A stretch of 64,000 bases of DNA from Eledone cirrhosa (taxonomy: Eukaryota): the NCBI GenBank assembly GCA_964016885.1, contig OZ024751.1:6820001-6884000 (forward strand). Direction: 5' to 3'. The notes beneath the pieces are model-generated. The model saw nothing but the letters and a program-made list of their open reading frames with translations, made no database searches and had not been told where the DNA came from. Of this stretch, positions 30,331-44,272 are shown piece after piece. Position 1 is the stretch's first letter; each line of letters begins with the position of its first letter. Position numbers and translations under genes: made by a program.

Positions 30331-30917
30331 TATTGGATGTTTGATGCATTAAATTAAATTATTTTAGCTTATTGCGGCTCAGTGTTCTTTAATCCAATTT
30401 TATAGAGTAGGTTGTTTCTGCTGCGAGAATTCATTATCCGGAAGTATGTGTGTAATTAAGGGGAGTTAATGCGTAAGGGGAGGTAACTAGCTGATTTCCA
30501 TAACTAAATTTATTGTTCTAACATACATTATAAGGTATCTCAATTGAGTCTCTTATATAGACGGTTATATATTTATATTCAGTTTCCAATTTTAAATACA
30601 GTCTACTCTATCATGATGTACTAAAGGTATTTATATTAGGATGATTACTCCCCATCATAGAGTGCTGCAACTGAATATTCCATACAAAGAGCCATATCTT
30701 TATATCAAAGTTCCTTGCAAATGTAGTCTACTCACAGAACATGTCAGGGGACCTATTAGAACTATGTCTACATAACCCCTGGTAAGTTCTGGAGCAGCGT
30801 ATTGCTGTTTGCATGGCAAAGCCAAATACATCTGTAGGGCAGACTAAAACATCCCTCATTTACTATGTCATTAATCGTGTGAGTGTGTGTATATATATAT
30901 GTGTGTGGATGTATATG

Positions 30918-30970
<53 letters not shown>

Positions 30971-31009
30971 GTATATATGTATATATATATATGTATATAT
31001 ATATTCGTG

Positions 31010-31065
<56 letters not shown>

Positions 31066-31474
31066 TAAATGAAATGTATAGAAATTGTTGTAGCGAGAAG
31101 CTAACAGTATTCCATAACATATATGTGACTATAGCGTCAAAATGGGAAATTAGTTAACATAAGATATGGGAAAAATAATTCAGACTCAATTCAAAAGGAA
31201 TCAGCATATAGATTTATCCAACAGAATTTAGAGAAATCCAGGGAAAAATCAATAGAGCCTTAACTCATGATAAAACAAAGTCTAAAGTACTCAACCTTCA
31301 ATTTGGGACAACTTCAAATGCTCTGTATAGTCTTGAAAAGACTATTTCACGAAAACTTTCTGTGGAGGTGGTCACGGTTGGATTTCGTTCGTCAGCAGAG
31401 CTCAACATGGTAACCAAGGTCTCACTGGTAATATGCCACAAAGGGAATTTAAAAGCACGCTAGTTAAACATACG

Positions 31475-31603
<129 letters not shown>

Positions 31604-31649
31604 GTGTGTGTGTGTGTATGTATATATATATGTATATGTATATATATAA

Positions 31650-31742
<93 letters not shown>

Positions 31743-31819
31743 TGTGTGTATATATCTATATATATATTAATATAGTGACGAAACATAAGTCAATTGCATG
31801 AACTCATAATCCTTTATTT

Positions 31820-31875
31820 ACTGCTATATATATTTCGATCATAGTCATTGAATGGCTATGGCCTCATCAGGCAGT
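31820..31875 (-). ncRNA. minimal type I hammerhead ribozyme
   Basis: ACTGC-CTGATGA-GGCCATAGCCA ttcaa TGACTATGATC-GAAA-TATATA-TA-GCAGT; same family as 43560. Confidence 0.8.
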
Positions 31876-31986
31876 TAGTCAGTTCTTAGATATGCCAGCT
31901 CTGTGTTTATAGTGTTGATGGTATGAGAGCCTTCGGACATATATATATATGCGTGTGTGTATGTGTGTATATATATATATATATAT

Positions 31987-33237
<1,251 letters not shown>

Positions 33238-33332
33238 GTAGAACACTGGAAGGTAATATCCGTAGTGGTAGAGCACTCAGTCCATGGAACGAATTAGGTA
33301 GACGTGATTACACATCAGTTAGTTCACCATAC

Positions 33333-33370
33333 CGAGAACAATTGTTTCACCTTAGCGGATCCTCAGCTCG
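33333..33370 (-). ncRNA. minimal hammerhead in PLE pLTR
   Basis: CGAG-CTGAGGA-TCC GCTAA GGT-GAAAC-AATT-GTT-CTCG. Confidence 0.7.
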
Positions 33371-33537
33371 TAATGGGCATGGTTATACGGAACGGGAAGG
33401 ACAACCGTACGAACGCGCATGCGCAGAAACCGGTCACTTCACAAATGCAATACTAAAATGCGTGTGAGAGGTGTATGGGAGATAACTGCGAAAGTCCGAA
33501 AAGTTTTTAGTTGATAAGAAAATTATGATGTTACAAT

Positions 33538-35334
33538 GATTCAATCCGCAGCTTTGTAGTTATGCAATAGATGTTTCGAGACGTGTGGACAACGTGTGAA
33601 AAATTCATATCTCGTGTTTAGGCAATCACTATTGCATAATCTCTTTATAATATTTATTCGTTCGTCAATACATAGTCCACACGACGGATTTCAACTTGCG
33701 TATGGCTTGGACTCAGTGATGGCTTTCCATTAAATGGAGTAGTCTATACTTGAGTCCTTGAGGGACCATATGTGACTCGCCAGTTTCGATGAACGTCTGC
33801 CCGGGTACCTGAAGGTAGACTGGTGGTTCAGGAATGTTCCTTAAATCGTCCCTCCGCCATGCCCACATAGGATTTGACCTCCTGTGGTTGGTTTGGTCGG
33901 TTGGAAGTGACGACACCTTCATAAATTACCGCTGTTGCATTGCTGTTGAAGGGGGCAAGCTTCGGGCTTACGGCAAGAGCACTCTGGTGGGGTGTTTTTC
34001 CTAGGCATGCTGGTGATGTGGGCCTTCATGTTATTAGCGCAGGAGTATCCTAGTTTAACTTTGTGTCGGTTAAAGATGGAGCTGTATTTCTGACCAACGG
34101 GAAAGTGTCTATCTAAGAGGGCTAAACATTTCTTGCCTACATTGCTTTTAACAGTGAATGAGAAGGGAGGAGAGAACCAGATAGTTTGTCAATTGTTGCG
34201 CTTTATATTCTTATTGCTGTTGTTGATAGTGGGAGAGTAAGTGATAGGTTGTGAGAAGCCGCTGTTAGCTAACCCCGTGTTATAGTAGGGTGCCGCCCTG
34301 TCAAAGATAGCCTTATTATAGGAGAGGTTTGAGATTCTAGTACTGATATTATTTACGAAGTTTCTAAAAACAGTGCGAGATTGGCATGAGTCCTTGTGAA
34401 TGTAATTGAGTTATTCGTTTAGCTTAAGGAAGGGTCTGTGGGTGTGGCTGCCAACGTCTAAATTAATGTCTAAGAAATCTACGCCCGAGAGGTTGGTAGC
34501 TACTGTGATCCTAAGTCCTAACTCATTTATGGTAGAAGCTAAGTCTTTTTAAACCGGTCGAGGTCGTGACCACTTTTATGGCTCGATAAGGTCAGTCCAT
34601 CATCGCGGTATATTCCCGTGTGGAAGCCCGGGAATGTAACACGTAATATGTCTAAAATAAATAGGTTAACAAAGAGACATATGTCAGCACTGTCAAACGA
34701 TCCCATGGAGACGTCGAATAGGTCTGAAGTTGTAGACTTCTTTTCTCAGACTACTCCGTCGTTGAAGAGGAGTGTTTTCCGGCAGTGAGCGATGGTCTCC
34801 CTGTCTAAACCATCGACGGTGGTGTAAGTGGTAGCGAAGTCAAACGCTTTGTTTAACAGGGTCTCTGAGATCGACGGGTAAAAATCGACAATGTCAAAGT
34901 GTGTGAACTTCGCTTTTTTGGATTTGAAGGAGTTAAACCTATTAATAACGGAGTCCCTGTTCTCCCACTGAGGTAGGTTGGACTTGGTCCTAATGGCCTT
35001 AATTATGTTTCTAAGTATGGCCTTACTGACTAGTCCCATACCTGTGCGTGCCGGGTTTATTAGTCTACATGTGGAGTTAGAAGTAAAGTCTACTTTGTGA
35101 TCTTTCAGGGTGAGGAACGCCTCCCGCTTAGTTAGAGATTGGAGATTCTTATCTACCTTAAGGGCGGCGGCAGGTTCTTTGGCTTCTACATTAATGTCGT
35201 AGTAGGCCATAGGGTTAGCTTTCTTATATTTGGAAGTAATAGCGTTATGGACCAGGTGGCGGAAAGTGGTGTTGTCGAATTCGTAAATATTATTAGTTTT
35301 GTCGGAAAGAACGAAGGTGTTATTAGAAGACCTA
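33538..35334 (-). pseudogene. PLE reverse transcriptase + GIY-YIG endonuclease, disrupted
   Basis: DKTNNIY, FLTLKDHK..CRLINPA, FDIVDFYPSI, FDVSMGSFD, GIYRDDG, IWFSPPFS..FNRHKVKLGYSC, CSCRKPEACP, CGLCIDER. Confidence 0.9.
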
Positions 35335-35819
35335 AACATGAAGGCCCACATCAACAGCAGCCCTAGGAGAAACACCCCACCAGGGTGCTCTTGCTGTAAG
35401 CCCGAAGCTTGCCCCTTTCAACAGCAATGCAACACACCAGCTGTAATTTATGAAGCTGTGATCACTTCCAACCGACCAACTCAACCACAGGAGGTCAAAT
35501 CCTACGTGGGCATGGCTGAGGGACGATTTAAGGAACGTTTCCTAAATCACCAGTCGACCTTTAGTACCCGGACAGACGTTCATCCACGAAACTCGCGAGC
35601 GACGTATTGTCCATCAAGGAATCAAGTATAGACTACTCGATTCAATGGAAAGCTATCACTTGCTCCAAGCCATACGCAAGGGGAAATCCGTCGTGTGAAC
35701 GAATGAATATTCTATAGAGATTATGCAATGGTGATTGCCTAAACAAGAGAAATGAATTTTTTACACTTTGTCCACACGTCTCGAAACACCTATTGCCTAA
35801 CTACAAAGCTCCGGATTGA
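35335..35819 (+). pseudogene. PLE Zn-finger linker + GIY-YIG (inverted arm)
   Basis: CSCCKPEACPFQQQC..VIYEA..YVGMAEGRFKERFLNH..CLNKRNEFFTLCPH, with frameshifts. Confidence 0.85.
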
Positions 35820-35989
35820 ATCATTGTATCATAATAATTTTCTTATCAACTAAAAACTTTTCGGACTTTCGCAGTTATCTCCCTTACACATCTCTCACGT
35901 ATTTTAGTATTGCCTGTGTGAAGTGACCGGTTTCTGCGCATGCGCGTTCGTACGGTTGTCCTTCCTGTTCCGTATAACTATGCCCATTA

Positions 35990-36027
35990 CGAGCTGAGGA
36001 TCCGTTAAAGTGAAACAATTGTTCTCG
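35990..36027 (+). ncRNA. minimal hammerhead in PLE pLTR (inverted arm)
   Basis: CGAG-CTGAGGA-TCCGTTAAAGT-GAAAC-AATT-GTT-CTCG. Confidence 0.6.
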
Positions 36028-36066
36028 GTATGGTGAACTAACTGTGTAACCATTTATCTCTCTCCC

Positions 36067-36165
<99 letters not shown>

Positions 36166-36255
36166 GTATACATATAAGGATAACTAAAGGATAACTAAAG
36201 AAGATCCCGCTAAAGGGTGAAATTAACGATTCTTTTTGCTTAAATTTTAATGTTA

Positions 36256-36307
<52 letters not shown>

Positions 36308-36312
<5 letters not shown>

Positions 36313-36570
36313 ATACGTTGGGAAGGTCATGTTGCCAATAAGAAACACACGCACCAGTACTTTTCACTTCAATTTATTATAAATTATTAAAAATTTAGGA
36401 ATTTATAAATTTAAGAATTTCCGGTTGGTTGGTTCCACAACCAGACGATTGTTTATATATTGTCAAAGTTCTTTCATCACACGTTCTGTGACCTCTTCAA
36501 TGACTGTGGATTATTTTCCTTGTTTTTGTGCCTCTCACTTGTTCTGTCCTACGCTATCTTGTTTTTCTTG
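36308..36570 (-). mobile_element. family A pLTR fragment
   Basis: Reverse match to ~260-515 and 56380-56622; decayed hammerhead at 36462-36504. Confidence 0.8.
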
Positions 36571-36754
36571 ATTTATTCTTATATTGAGGCTAACAAACCC
36601 TATTGTCTGTAGTTAGTAAGTTTTCACATTGGCGGTTATGGTCCATTATGGTTTGAATACATACATGAATATGTCTGTGTTCGTTTTTCTTTTTTGTTCT
36701 GTTACACTATATATATATATATATATATATATGTGTATATATATATGTATATAA

Positions 36755-36874
<120 letters not shown>

Positions 36875-36947
36875 TTATATATGTAAATATATATATATTT
36901 CTATATATATATGTATATATATATCTTTATATATATCTATATATTTA

Positions 36948-37356
36948 ACTCTGAAGCCGAGAATCATTCGGTTTCCTAAATAGAATATTAGTCTACGACT
37001 TCATTCATACCTTAAACGTGGTTTTGTCTTTGCGTGTAATTGTTCTTACCGATCCAAATAATGACGTATTATCTCCGCTTTTTTCCGTTCATTGCCAGGG
37101 AACGTCTCCACGAACCAAAGTATCGTCTTCCTGTTTTCCTTCGGATTCAACGTTTTTCGAAATATTTACTTATGCGTTCACATGTGGATGTTTTTAGTTT
37201 CAGAAGTTCCAATTAAGTGTGAAAGCAACGATTCTTTGCTGAAACTTTAAGCTGTTATTTTAATAAATATTTGCTCTAGGGTTCTTATATATTTGATATA
37301 CATTTATCCTTATCGAGCCCTCTTTGGATTTAGGTCTTCACATTTATTATTATTAC

Positions 37357-37358
<2 letters not shown>
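36948..37358 (+). mobile_element. family D pLTR-like repeat
   Basis: Matches the reverse of 39861-40119 and 10440-10663; hammerhead-like motif at 37196-37246. Confidence 0.7.
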
Positions 37359-37437
<79 letters not shown>

Positions 37438-37440
<3 letters not shown>

Positions 37441-38119
37441 AACCAGTAAGACCCCGACAGCTGAGCTCAAGCCGTACTTATACCTCTTAAAAGGGTCCTT
37501 GCCTTATCCGTCACACCTAGTTCTCTTACTTATTTCCTTATTTATTTATTTATTTATTTATTTACTTCTTTCTTTCTTTCTTTATTTTATTCTCGCCTAA
37601 CAATAGCCTGACACCTAGGTCGTTGAATTTAATTTACTTTACTTTTTCTTTTTCTTTACACTTATTTGCTTTTCTTCACTCTCAGTATTTTTTCTTTCCT
37701 ATTTCTACCCCCCATTGTTCTACCTACCGTTCCGACTTCCTCCCCCTCCCCCTCCCCTGTATCTTCTTTGACCTCATGCCCAGCTGTAGCTGGCACTACC
37801 AACGCTTGATTGGGTCTACTCCACCCCCTCCCCTCTTTCTCCTACTGGCAGGTTTAGTCACCATCTCCCCTACTAATTTGCAACCACAGAATTACTACTG
37901 ATTTTTGACAATCACTTTGACCATATATGGAATTACCCCTTGAGAAGATCGGCTATTTAAATACCAGGATAAATTTTCATTTAGTCCAGAATTAGCCGTC
38001 GAAACGGCTTGAGCTCAGCTGTCGGGGTCTTACTGGTTCCTATTACCCACTCTACTACCTCAAGTATTGAGTACTTTGGTGCGTTATGGTCCACCTGGTT
38101 CCTTACCACATTTCCTTCG

Positions 38120-38121
<2 letters not shown>
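37438..38121 (+). mobile_element. family C element with short inverted arm
   Basis: 37438-37475 is the reverse complement of 38004-38042; flanked by (TA)n. Confidence 0.8.
37935..38028 (+). ncRNA. type I hammerhead, U3-A8 variant (family C)
   Basis: ACCCC-TTGAGAA-GATCGGCTA...TAGCCGTC-GAAAC-GGCT TGAGCTC AGCT-GTC-GGGGT. Confidence 0.75.
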
Positions 38122-38209
<88 letters not shown>

Positions 38210-38339
38210 CATATATGTGTGTAAATATATAAATATTTGTATATGTATATGTATACATATCTTTATATATATATCTATATATCTATATATCTATCAATAT
38301 ATATATATATAAATATATATATACATATATATATAAGTA

Positions 38340-38377
<38 letters not shown>

Positions 38378-38397
38378 CTTATATATATATATGTATA

Positions 38398-39293
38398 CTA
38401 GCATTAAAGCCCGGCGTTGCTCGGGGTCATTAAGTTATCAAAGTTAGGTTGCACCACCCATTTTATGGCAGCACTTTTTTGTCTGCCAGGCACTGGGTGA
38501 ATGAATTGCAGACCTGGAAGCATGAGCTGCGCCAGCAGTGACAATTGTAGTTTCGCCTATGGATATTATCTCTGTGCAAAAAAGTGTTGAAATTTATTGT
38601 TTCATAGTACTTGCGCAACACGCGCGTAGACGATGCCAGCCGAACAAGTGAGCTGCGAAGGAGTTGTTCTGCATGGTTGTCTGTGTGTTTTCTAAATTTA
38701 AGACATTAGGGAGGGTTGTGATATGAGGGAGAGTTAGCTGTTGTTTCTAGCAGGTTTAGTGACCTCATAGAGGATATGTGTTTTCTAAATTTAAGACAGT
38801 AGGGAGTGGTGTGATATGGGGAAGAGTTAGCTGCTGTTTCTAGCAGGTTTAGTGACCTCATATAAGATATGTTTTCTAAATTTAAGACAGTAGGGAGGGG
38901 TGTGATATGGGGGAGAGTTAGCTGCTGTTTCTAGCAGGTTTAGTAACCTCATAGAGGATATGTGTTTTCTAAATTTAAGACAGTAGGGAGTGGTGTGAAC
39001 GGACAGTATCGCCATCAAGCTTGGAAAGAGAAAGTAGCAGAAAGTATGAAGTTGTATATATTTTGAATGGTAGTAGAAAGGATTCAGCGGTTTAAATGAG
39101 AGAGAAAATCGTAAAATATTGAGTTTTATCTATTTTTTGCGTAATTGTGGGTGAAATTGAAAAGATTATCTGCGTCAAGACGCAATCGAAACTATTTTGA
39201 ATACTGAATTGTAAATTTCAATCGAAGAAATTCTATATCGTAGATTTCTATAACGAAGGAGCATGACCACACACTGAGCTTTATAGATTATGA
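38398..39293 (-). mobile_element. complete non-autonomous Helitron with ~91-bp minisatellite
   Basis: Minus strand A|TCATAATCTATAAAG ... CCCGAGCAACGCCGGG hairpin, CTAG|T; about 3.5 tandem units at 38685-38997. Confidence 0.85.
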
Positions 39294-39304
39294 TATATAT
39301 TTAT

Positions 39305-39357
<53 letters not shown>

Positions 39358-39363
39358 TATATA

Positions 39364-39409
<46 letters not shown>

Positions 39410-39494
39410 TATATATAATTATATATAATATATATAATATAAATATATATTATATCTCGATAAGTAAATACTGTATATATATATATATATATAT

Positions 39495-39819
39495 AGTAGA
39501 ATTAAAAAAAATATGATCAACACTAATGTGTTTTTTTTGCAAAATGACAATAATTTTTTAGCCAGATAGAAATACCTTAATTCAAGTACATATAGTCCGC
39601 CTGTATCAATCTAGAAAATATTAAATATTAAATCTATACTTACAGACGTAAAATGGCAACTGCCTGGTGCCTAGACAAGTTTAAATTCCTATCTGGCTAA
39701 AAAATTATTGTCATTTTGCAAAAAAAACACATTAGTGTTGATCATATTTTTTTAAATTGTACTCTAATGCTCAGAAGTATTTTCTTAGAGCTAAATAATT
39801 GTATTTGACTACTAAATTG

Positions 39820-39823
<4 letters not shown>
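39495..39823. repeat. foldback element between (TA)n tracts
   Basis: 39495-39569 is inverted to 39689-39764. Confidence 0.8.
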
Positions 39824-39860
<37 letters not shown>

Positions 39861-39863
<3 letters not shown>

Positions 39864-40119
39864 ATAATAATAAATTTGAAGACTAAAATCAAAGAGGGCT
39901 CGATAAGGATAAATATATATCAAATATATAAGTACCGTAGAGCAAATATTTATTAAATTAACAGATTAAAGTTTAAGCAAACAATCGCTGCTTTCACCCT
40001 TAACGGGATATTCTGAAACTAACAAAGTCTATCTGTGAACGCAGAAGTGAATATTTTAAAAAACGTTGCAACTGGAGGAAGACAGGGATAGTCTGGTTCG
40101 TGGAAACGTTCCCTGGCAG
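39861..40119 (-). mobile_element. family D pLTR-like repeat
   Basis: Reverse match to 37095-37358; AGTTT-CAGAATA-TCCCGTTAAGGGT-GAAA-GCA..TGC-TT-AAACT at 39970-40020. Confidence 0.7.
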
Positions 40120-40925
40120 GGATACAAGTATAGTCCGACCGTATGCCAGTGTGGTTCAATGGCAAGTTAATAAATTAACAAGCCAGACATATAAAATCAA
40201 TGAGAAGCAAATAAAGAAAAGAACTTTAAAATAAATTTCAATAAATTAACTGTACTTACTTACTGTGCCTTTACCGAGGTTTCAGATACCAAAACAAATA
40301 GATAATCCAAGTGGATTTTTATTGAGAATGAGATCCTCGTCAGAAGGGTTTTCTCTCTCGGAAAATATAAGATTCCCGAGATCAAAATACAAACTGGCGC
40401 CATACAAAACTGCCCCAACAAATGAATGATGAAACAATTTTGTCTAGTGCCCTGTGCAAAGACTGAAAGCAAGGTTAACACGTCAAATATATTGCTACTA
40501 AAAGAAGCTGCCGTTCAAATGACCAAAGGTTTCTCTACCGTTGGGGAGAATAATAATAAAAGTATGTGTTCCTGCATGTAAATGATACACATAGTGATAC
40601 AAGTATAGTTCGACGGTATGCAAGTGTCGTTCAATGGCAAGTTAATAAATTAATATCCGAGAGAGAAAAGCCTGCTGACAAGGATCTCTTCCTCAATGAA
40701 AATCCGCTTGGATTATTTATTTGTTTTGGGATCTGAAACCGCTGTAAAGGCACATATAGTAAGTACTGTACATTTTTTTGAAATTTATTTTAAGATGTTT
40801 TCTTTATTTGCTTTTCCTTGATTTTATATGGTCTGGCTTGTTATATGAACCACACTTGCATACGGTCGGACTATACTTGTATCCCTATGTGTAATGTTTA
40901 CATGCAGGAACACATACTTTTATAT
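40120..40925. mobile_element. tandem + foldback pLTR-like element with hammerheads
   Basis: 40121-40362 is inverted to 40656-40885; 40597-40653 directly repeats 40121-40178. Confidence 0.8.
40268..40347 (-). ncRNA. type I hammerhead motif
   Basis: CCTT-CTGACGA-GGATC...GTATCT-GAAAC-CTCG-GTA-AAGG; decayed plus-strand mate at 40671-40750. Confidence 0.65.
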
Positions 40926-41020
40926 GAATACATATGTATATATATATATATATATATAAATATATATAACAGACGTAAAATAAGAAAATGATAGTAATTA
41001 ACTTACTTACTTAAATTTCA

Positions 41021-41099
41021 CTCCAACTAATTAGTTTCTGGAAGGGGATATACATAGTCTCACATCGAGACCATGGAGAATCCTTTCTTCATCAGGGAG
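41021..41099 (-). ncRNA. type I hammerhead ribozyme (family B)
   Basis: CTCC-CTGATGA-A-GAAAGG..CATGGTCTC/GAGACTATG..CCTTCC-A-GAAA-CTAATTAGTT-GGAG. Confidence 0.8.
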
Positions 41100-41536
41100 A
41101 CATTCTCGGCTAAGATTCCTGGCAATACGCGGACACAGGGAACTTATACAAAAATAATTTAGTGGATGGAAAAAAGCAAGCGCGGACTAAATTCCAAGTC
41201 ATTGAAAAGTTCACTGCCTTCCTGGTCTGTGACAAATTCAAAAGAATCAATCACGTGACATTGAGGGTTAATCAGTGATGAGCTGGGTGTTAAAAAGACA
41301 GTAGCCAAATTAATACTATGAACCATAATAGTAATTCAGGCAAATTTTTACTCAACAAAATAATTTGGAGATAATTATAAAGAATTAGTATGTCTATCAA
41401 CATATTTATACATATGTATACTTACGCTAGCAAAGATATAGGTTTTGTCTTAATAACTTTGTGGTTCAATACAAAGAGATGTAGAACAATTATATAAAAG
41501 ACGTAAAATTATAGTAATTAACTTACTTAATTTTCA

Positions 41537-41616
41537 GTCCAACTAATTAGTTTCTGAAAGGGGATATCCATAGTCTTCAAATGGAGAACATGGAGAATCC
41601 TTTCTTCATCAGGGAG
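41537..41616 (-). ncRNA. type I hammerhead ribozyme (family B)
   Basis: CTCC-CTGATGA-A-GAAAGG..CCTTTC-A-GAAA-CTAATTAGTT-GGAC. Confidence 0.75.
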
Positions 41617-42006
41617 ACATTCTCGGCTAAGATTCCTGGCAACACGCGGACACAGGGAACTTAGACAAAAATAATTCAGTGAATGGAAAAAAGCAAGCGC
41701 GGACTAAATTCCAAGACATTGAAAATTTCACTGCCTTCCTGAATTTTCCACTGACCAGAAAGGCAGTGAAATCTATCAGACACCCCCGACCCACGGTATC
41801 CGGGAGGGGGGACTCTAACAGTACAGGCAGAGTGGAAACCACTAAATCCCATGAAACCGACACCACCACATTAGCGAAAAGTACGCGTACGCCTAGCCAT
41901 GGGAAGAAACCCATTACGAGGAGTGGTCTCAGAGGTGATACTAACCCTCCGGGCCTGACGCCCCCAACCGAAAGCCACGAAGCGGGTCGAATGGAGGATT
42001 ATCCCA

Positions 42007-42375
42007 TTGTATAAGTCCCAGCGTGGGCAACAACCACCCAACAGGTACGGCCGGGAAGCTAGCAAAACACATAGCGCCCAAAGGGGAAGCAACAATGCGG
42101 GAACCACTAGCAACCCGACAACTCCCCAACAGACCACAGCACGCTCACCCCACCCATATAGACGTAGAAAAATCACGTGGTACAACCCACACTACTCAGT
42201 GGCCCTAAAGAACAGCCTGGCCCTGTCATTCTTTAGAGCACTAGATAAATGCTTCCCGAGGGACCATAGATACCACAAGATCTTCAACATACACACTGTG
42301 AAGCTCTCGTATTCAACCACGCGGAACGTAGCCCATCACATAGCTAGCATCAATAGGGGTAAACTTAAAAACTAG
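42007..42375 (+). pseudogene. PLE RT C-terminal (thumb) fragment, Naiad-like
   Basis: RRRKITWYNPHYS..FFRALDKCFPRDHRYHKIFNIHTVKLSYST is homologous to the IWFSPPFS..FNRHKVKLGYSC block at 34.1 kb. Confidence 0.8.
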
Positions 42376-42711
42376 ATACAACCAGAAGCTGGCAATATAA
42401 GCACCCAGCAGAGCCATGTGGAGGAAAGGAAGGGTGAACCTGGTACCCACTCTGGTAACCCAAACAGATGCAGGGAAACCCCACTTAGCCTAGAAGAAGA
42501 CCATCCTATAATACGCAACGGGAACCCCCACATTAGGCACTCGGTGGTCAACCACCTCCTGCAACTGTAGAACCCCCACAATATGCCCACTTAGTAATGA
42601 ATGCCTCAGGAAGAACTTAATATACGACTCCTATAGTAACGCAAACTTATACATATGACCATACATAGATACTGTTGTTTAAAGTTATACAAACATAGAT
42701 ACTTACATCTA

Positions 42712-42797
<86 letters not shown>

Positions 42798-43559
42798 ACG
42801 TTTGTGTGTGTGTATATATATATATATATTTATATATATGGAATGCACTTCCGCCTGTGCTTGTGCGTATGTGCTTGCACTGATGTGCGTTGACATACAC
42901 ACACACATGTACTTTATGCCGAAATAGGAACTCTAGTCCTTTGCATTTCCGGATTTTGACACTCTGGTTTTACACTCCACTTTTATCTCATTTGCTCTTA
43001 AAACGCACCATTCGATAATAAAATAAGAATTGTAATACTTTACACCTCTTGATTCGGACACACAGGTTTTCTCCTTCAGTTAATATATTTCAAATCTTTC
43101 AGATTTTGATATTGATTGTAACACACACGCATTTTTTTATTTTTTTATTTGTTTGCCACCCCCCACCACGTGAAATGGTGGCAAGATAGATGCCAACCTA
43201 CACACAAAAATACCTCAGAATATAGCAGCAGCACACTAAAGCTGACATGCCAGATGACCCTAACACCACTACCACAGCCAACACAATGGAAGAGGTCAGC
43301 TGTATTTAAACAAAAACAGCCACAACAGATTGTCTTGCCCCACAAAAAACTCTATAGACTTTTGACTGAGGAATGATCTCACAACTGACCAATGGGATGC
43401 GAGCATGTCCTATGACGCCGAAATTCGTTTGTTCTAACCCATAGGATTCCAGTTCCTCAGAAGAATAACAACACCACCAGGAGCTGGACATGTCGATGTA
43501 TTGACGGAGTAAAACAAACTTCAACAACAAGTTTACTTGTCTTTCCCACACCAATTAGG

Positions 43560-43614
43560 ATTGCCTGAAGAGGTCACAACCAATAATAGCTGTCACCGAA
43601 ATATATATAGCAGT
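43560..43614 (+). ncRNA. minimal type I hammerhead ribozyme
   Basis: ATTGC-CTGAAGA-GGTCACA...TGTCACC-GAAA-TATATA-TA-GCAGT. Confidence 0.75.
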
Positions 43615-43720
43615 ATATTTATAATTTATATTAAACGAAGCCACATTTTACATATTTGACTTAATTATCTTATATATACTCTATGTAGATATATATGTAT
43701 GTATGTATATATATATATAT

Positions 43721-44157
43721 AGGAAAAGACTCAGGAGACCGGCGGCTGAGCTCCGACAGCTTCGACAGTTAGCTCCAAACTAAGTCACCACTATTAGAAC
43801 AGCGGGAATCTAAATGGACTTGTCAAGGGGCACAGTCCATATATGGGCATGCAATCAAAACAAAAAGGGCAGAAATATGAAAAAGAAAAACAACAATTTT
43901 TTATGATTGTTTGATTTAATATTTCTGCTGTTTTTGTTTTGACTGCATGCCCATATATGGACTGTACCCCTTGATGCGTCCATCTAGATTCCCGCCGTTC
44001 TAATAGTGGTGACTTAGTTTGTATCTAACTGTCAAAACTGCCGGAGCTCAGCCGCCGGGGTCATGACTCTGTTCCTATTACCCACTCTACTACCCTAAGT
44101 ATCGGCTACTCTGGTGCGTTATGGTCCACCTGTTATCTTACAACACTTTTTTTGTTA
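43721..44157. mobile_element. family C foldback element (diverged)
   Basis: 43721-43878 is inverted to 43919-44077; decayed CCCC-TTGACAA..GAAG cores. Confidence 0.75.
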
Positions 44158-44223
44158 TATATATATACACTATATATATATATATACACACACTATATAT
44201 ATATATATATATATACACATACA

Positions 44224-44272
<49 letters not shown>

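Larger units (their letters stand above)
33306..36052. mobile_element. Penelope-like element (Naiad-like), 5'-truncated with inverted 3' arm
   Basis: Minus-strand RT-to-EN body 33306-35334; plus-strand copy of EN + pLTR at 35335-36052 inverted to 33306-34032. Confidence 0.9.
40969..41745 (-). mobile_element. family B tandem element (516-bp unit + partial)
   Basis: Homologous to 10735-12476; hammerheads at 41021 and 41537; short inversion at ~41750. Confidence 0.85.

Noticed and set aside
30780-30865. YI..GQTKTSL GIY-YIG-like snippet
   Set aside because: Too short and frameshifted to support a call.
33690-34750. In-frame TGA codons as selenocysteine (reported for some Naiad PLEs)
   Set aside because: One TGA aligns with GGA in the other arm and another sits at an expected Trp. 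Many frameshifts are present and no SECIS was recognised.
38685-38997. CRISPR-like array
   Set aside because: Contiguous ~91-bp units with no unique spacers, inside a Helitron in eukaryotic DNA.
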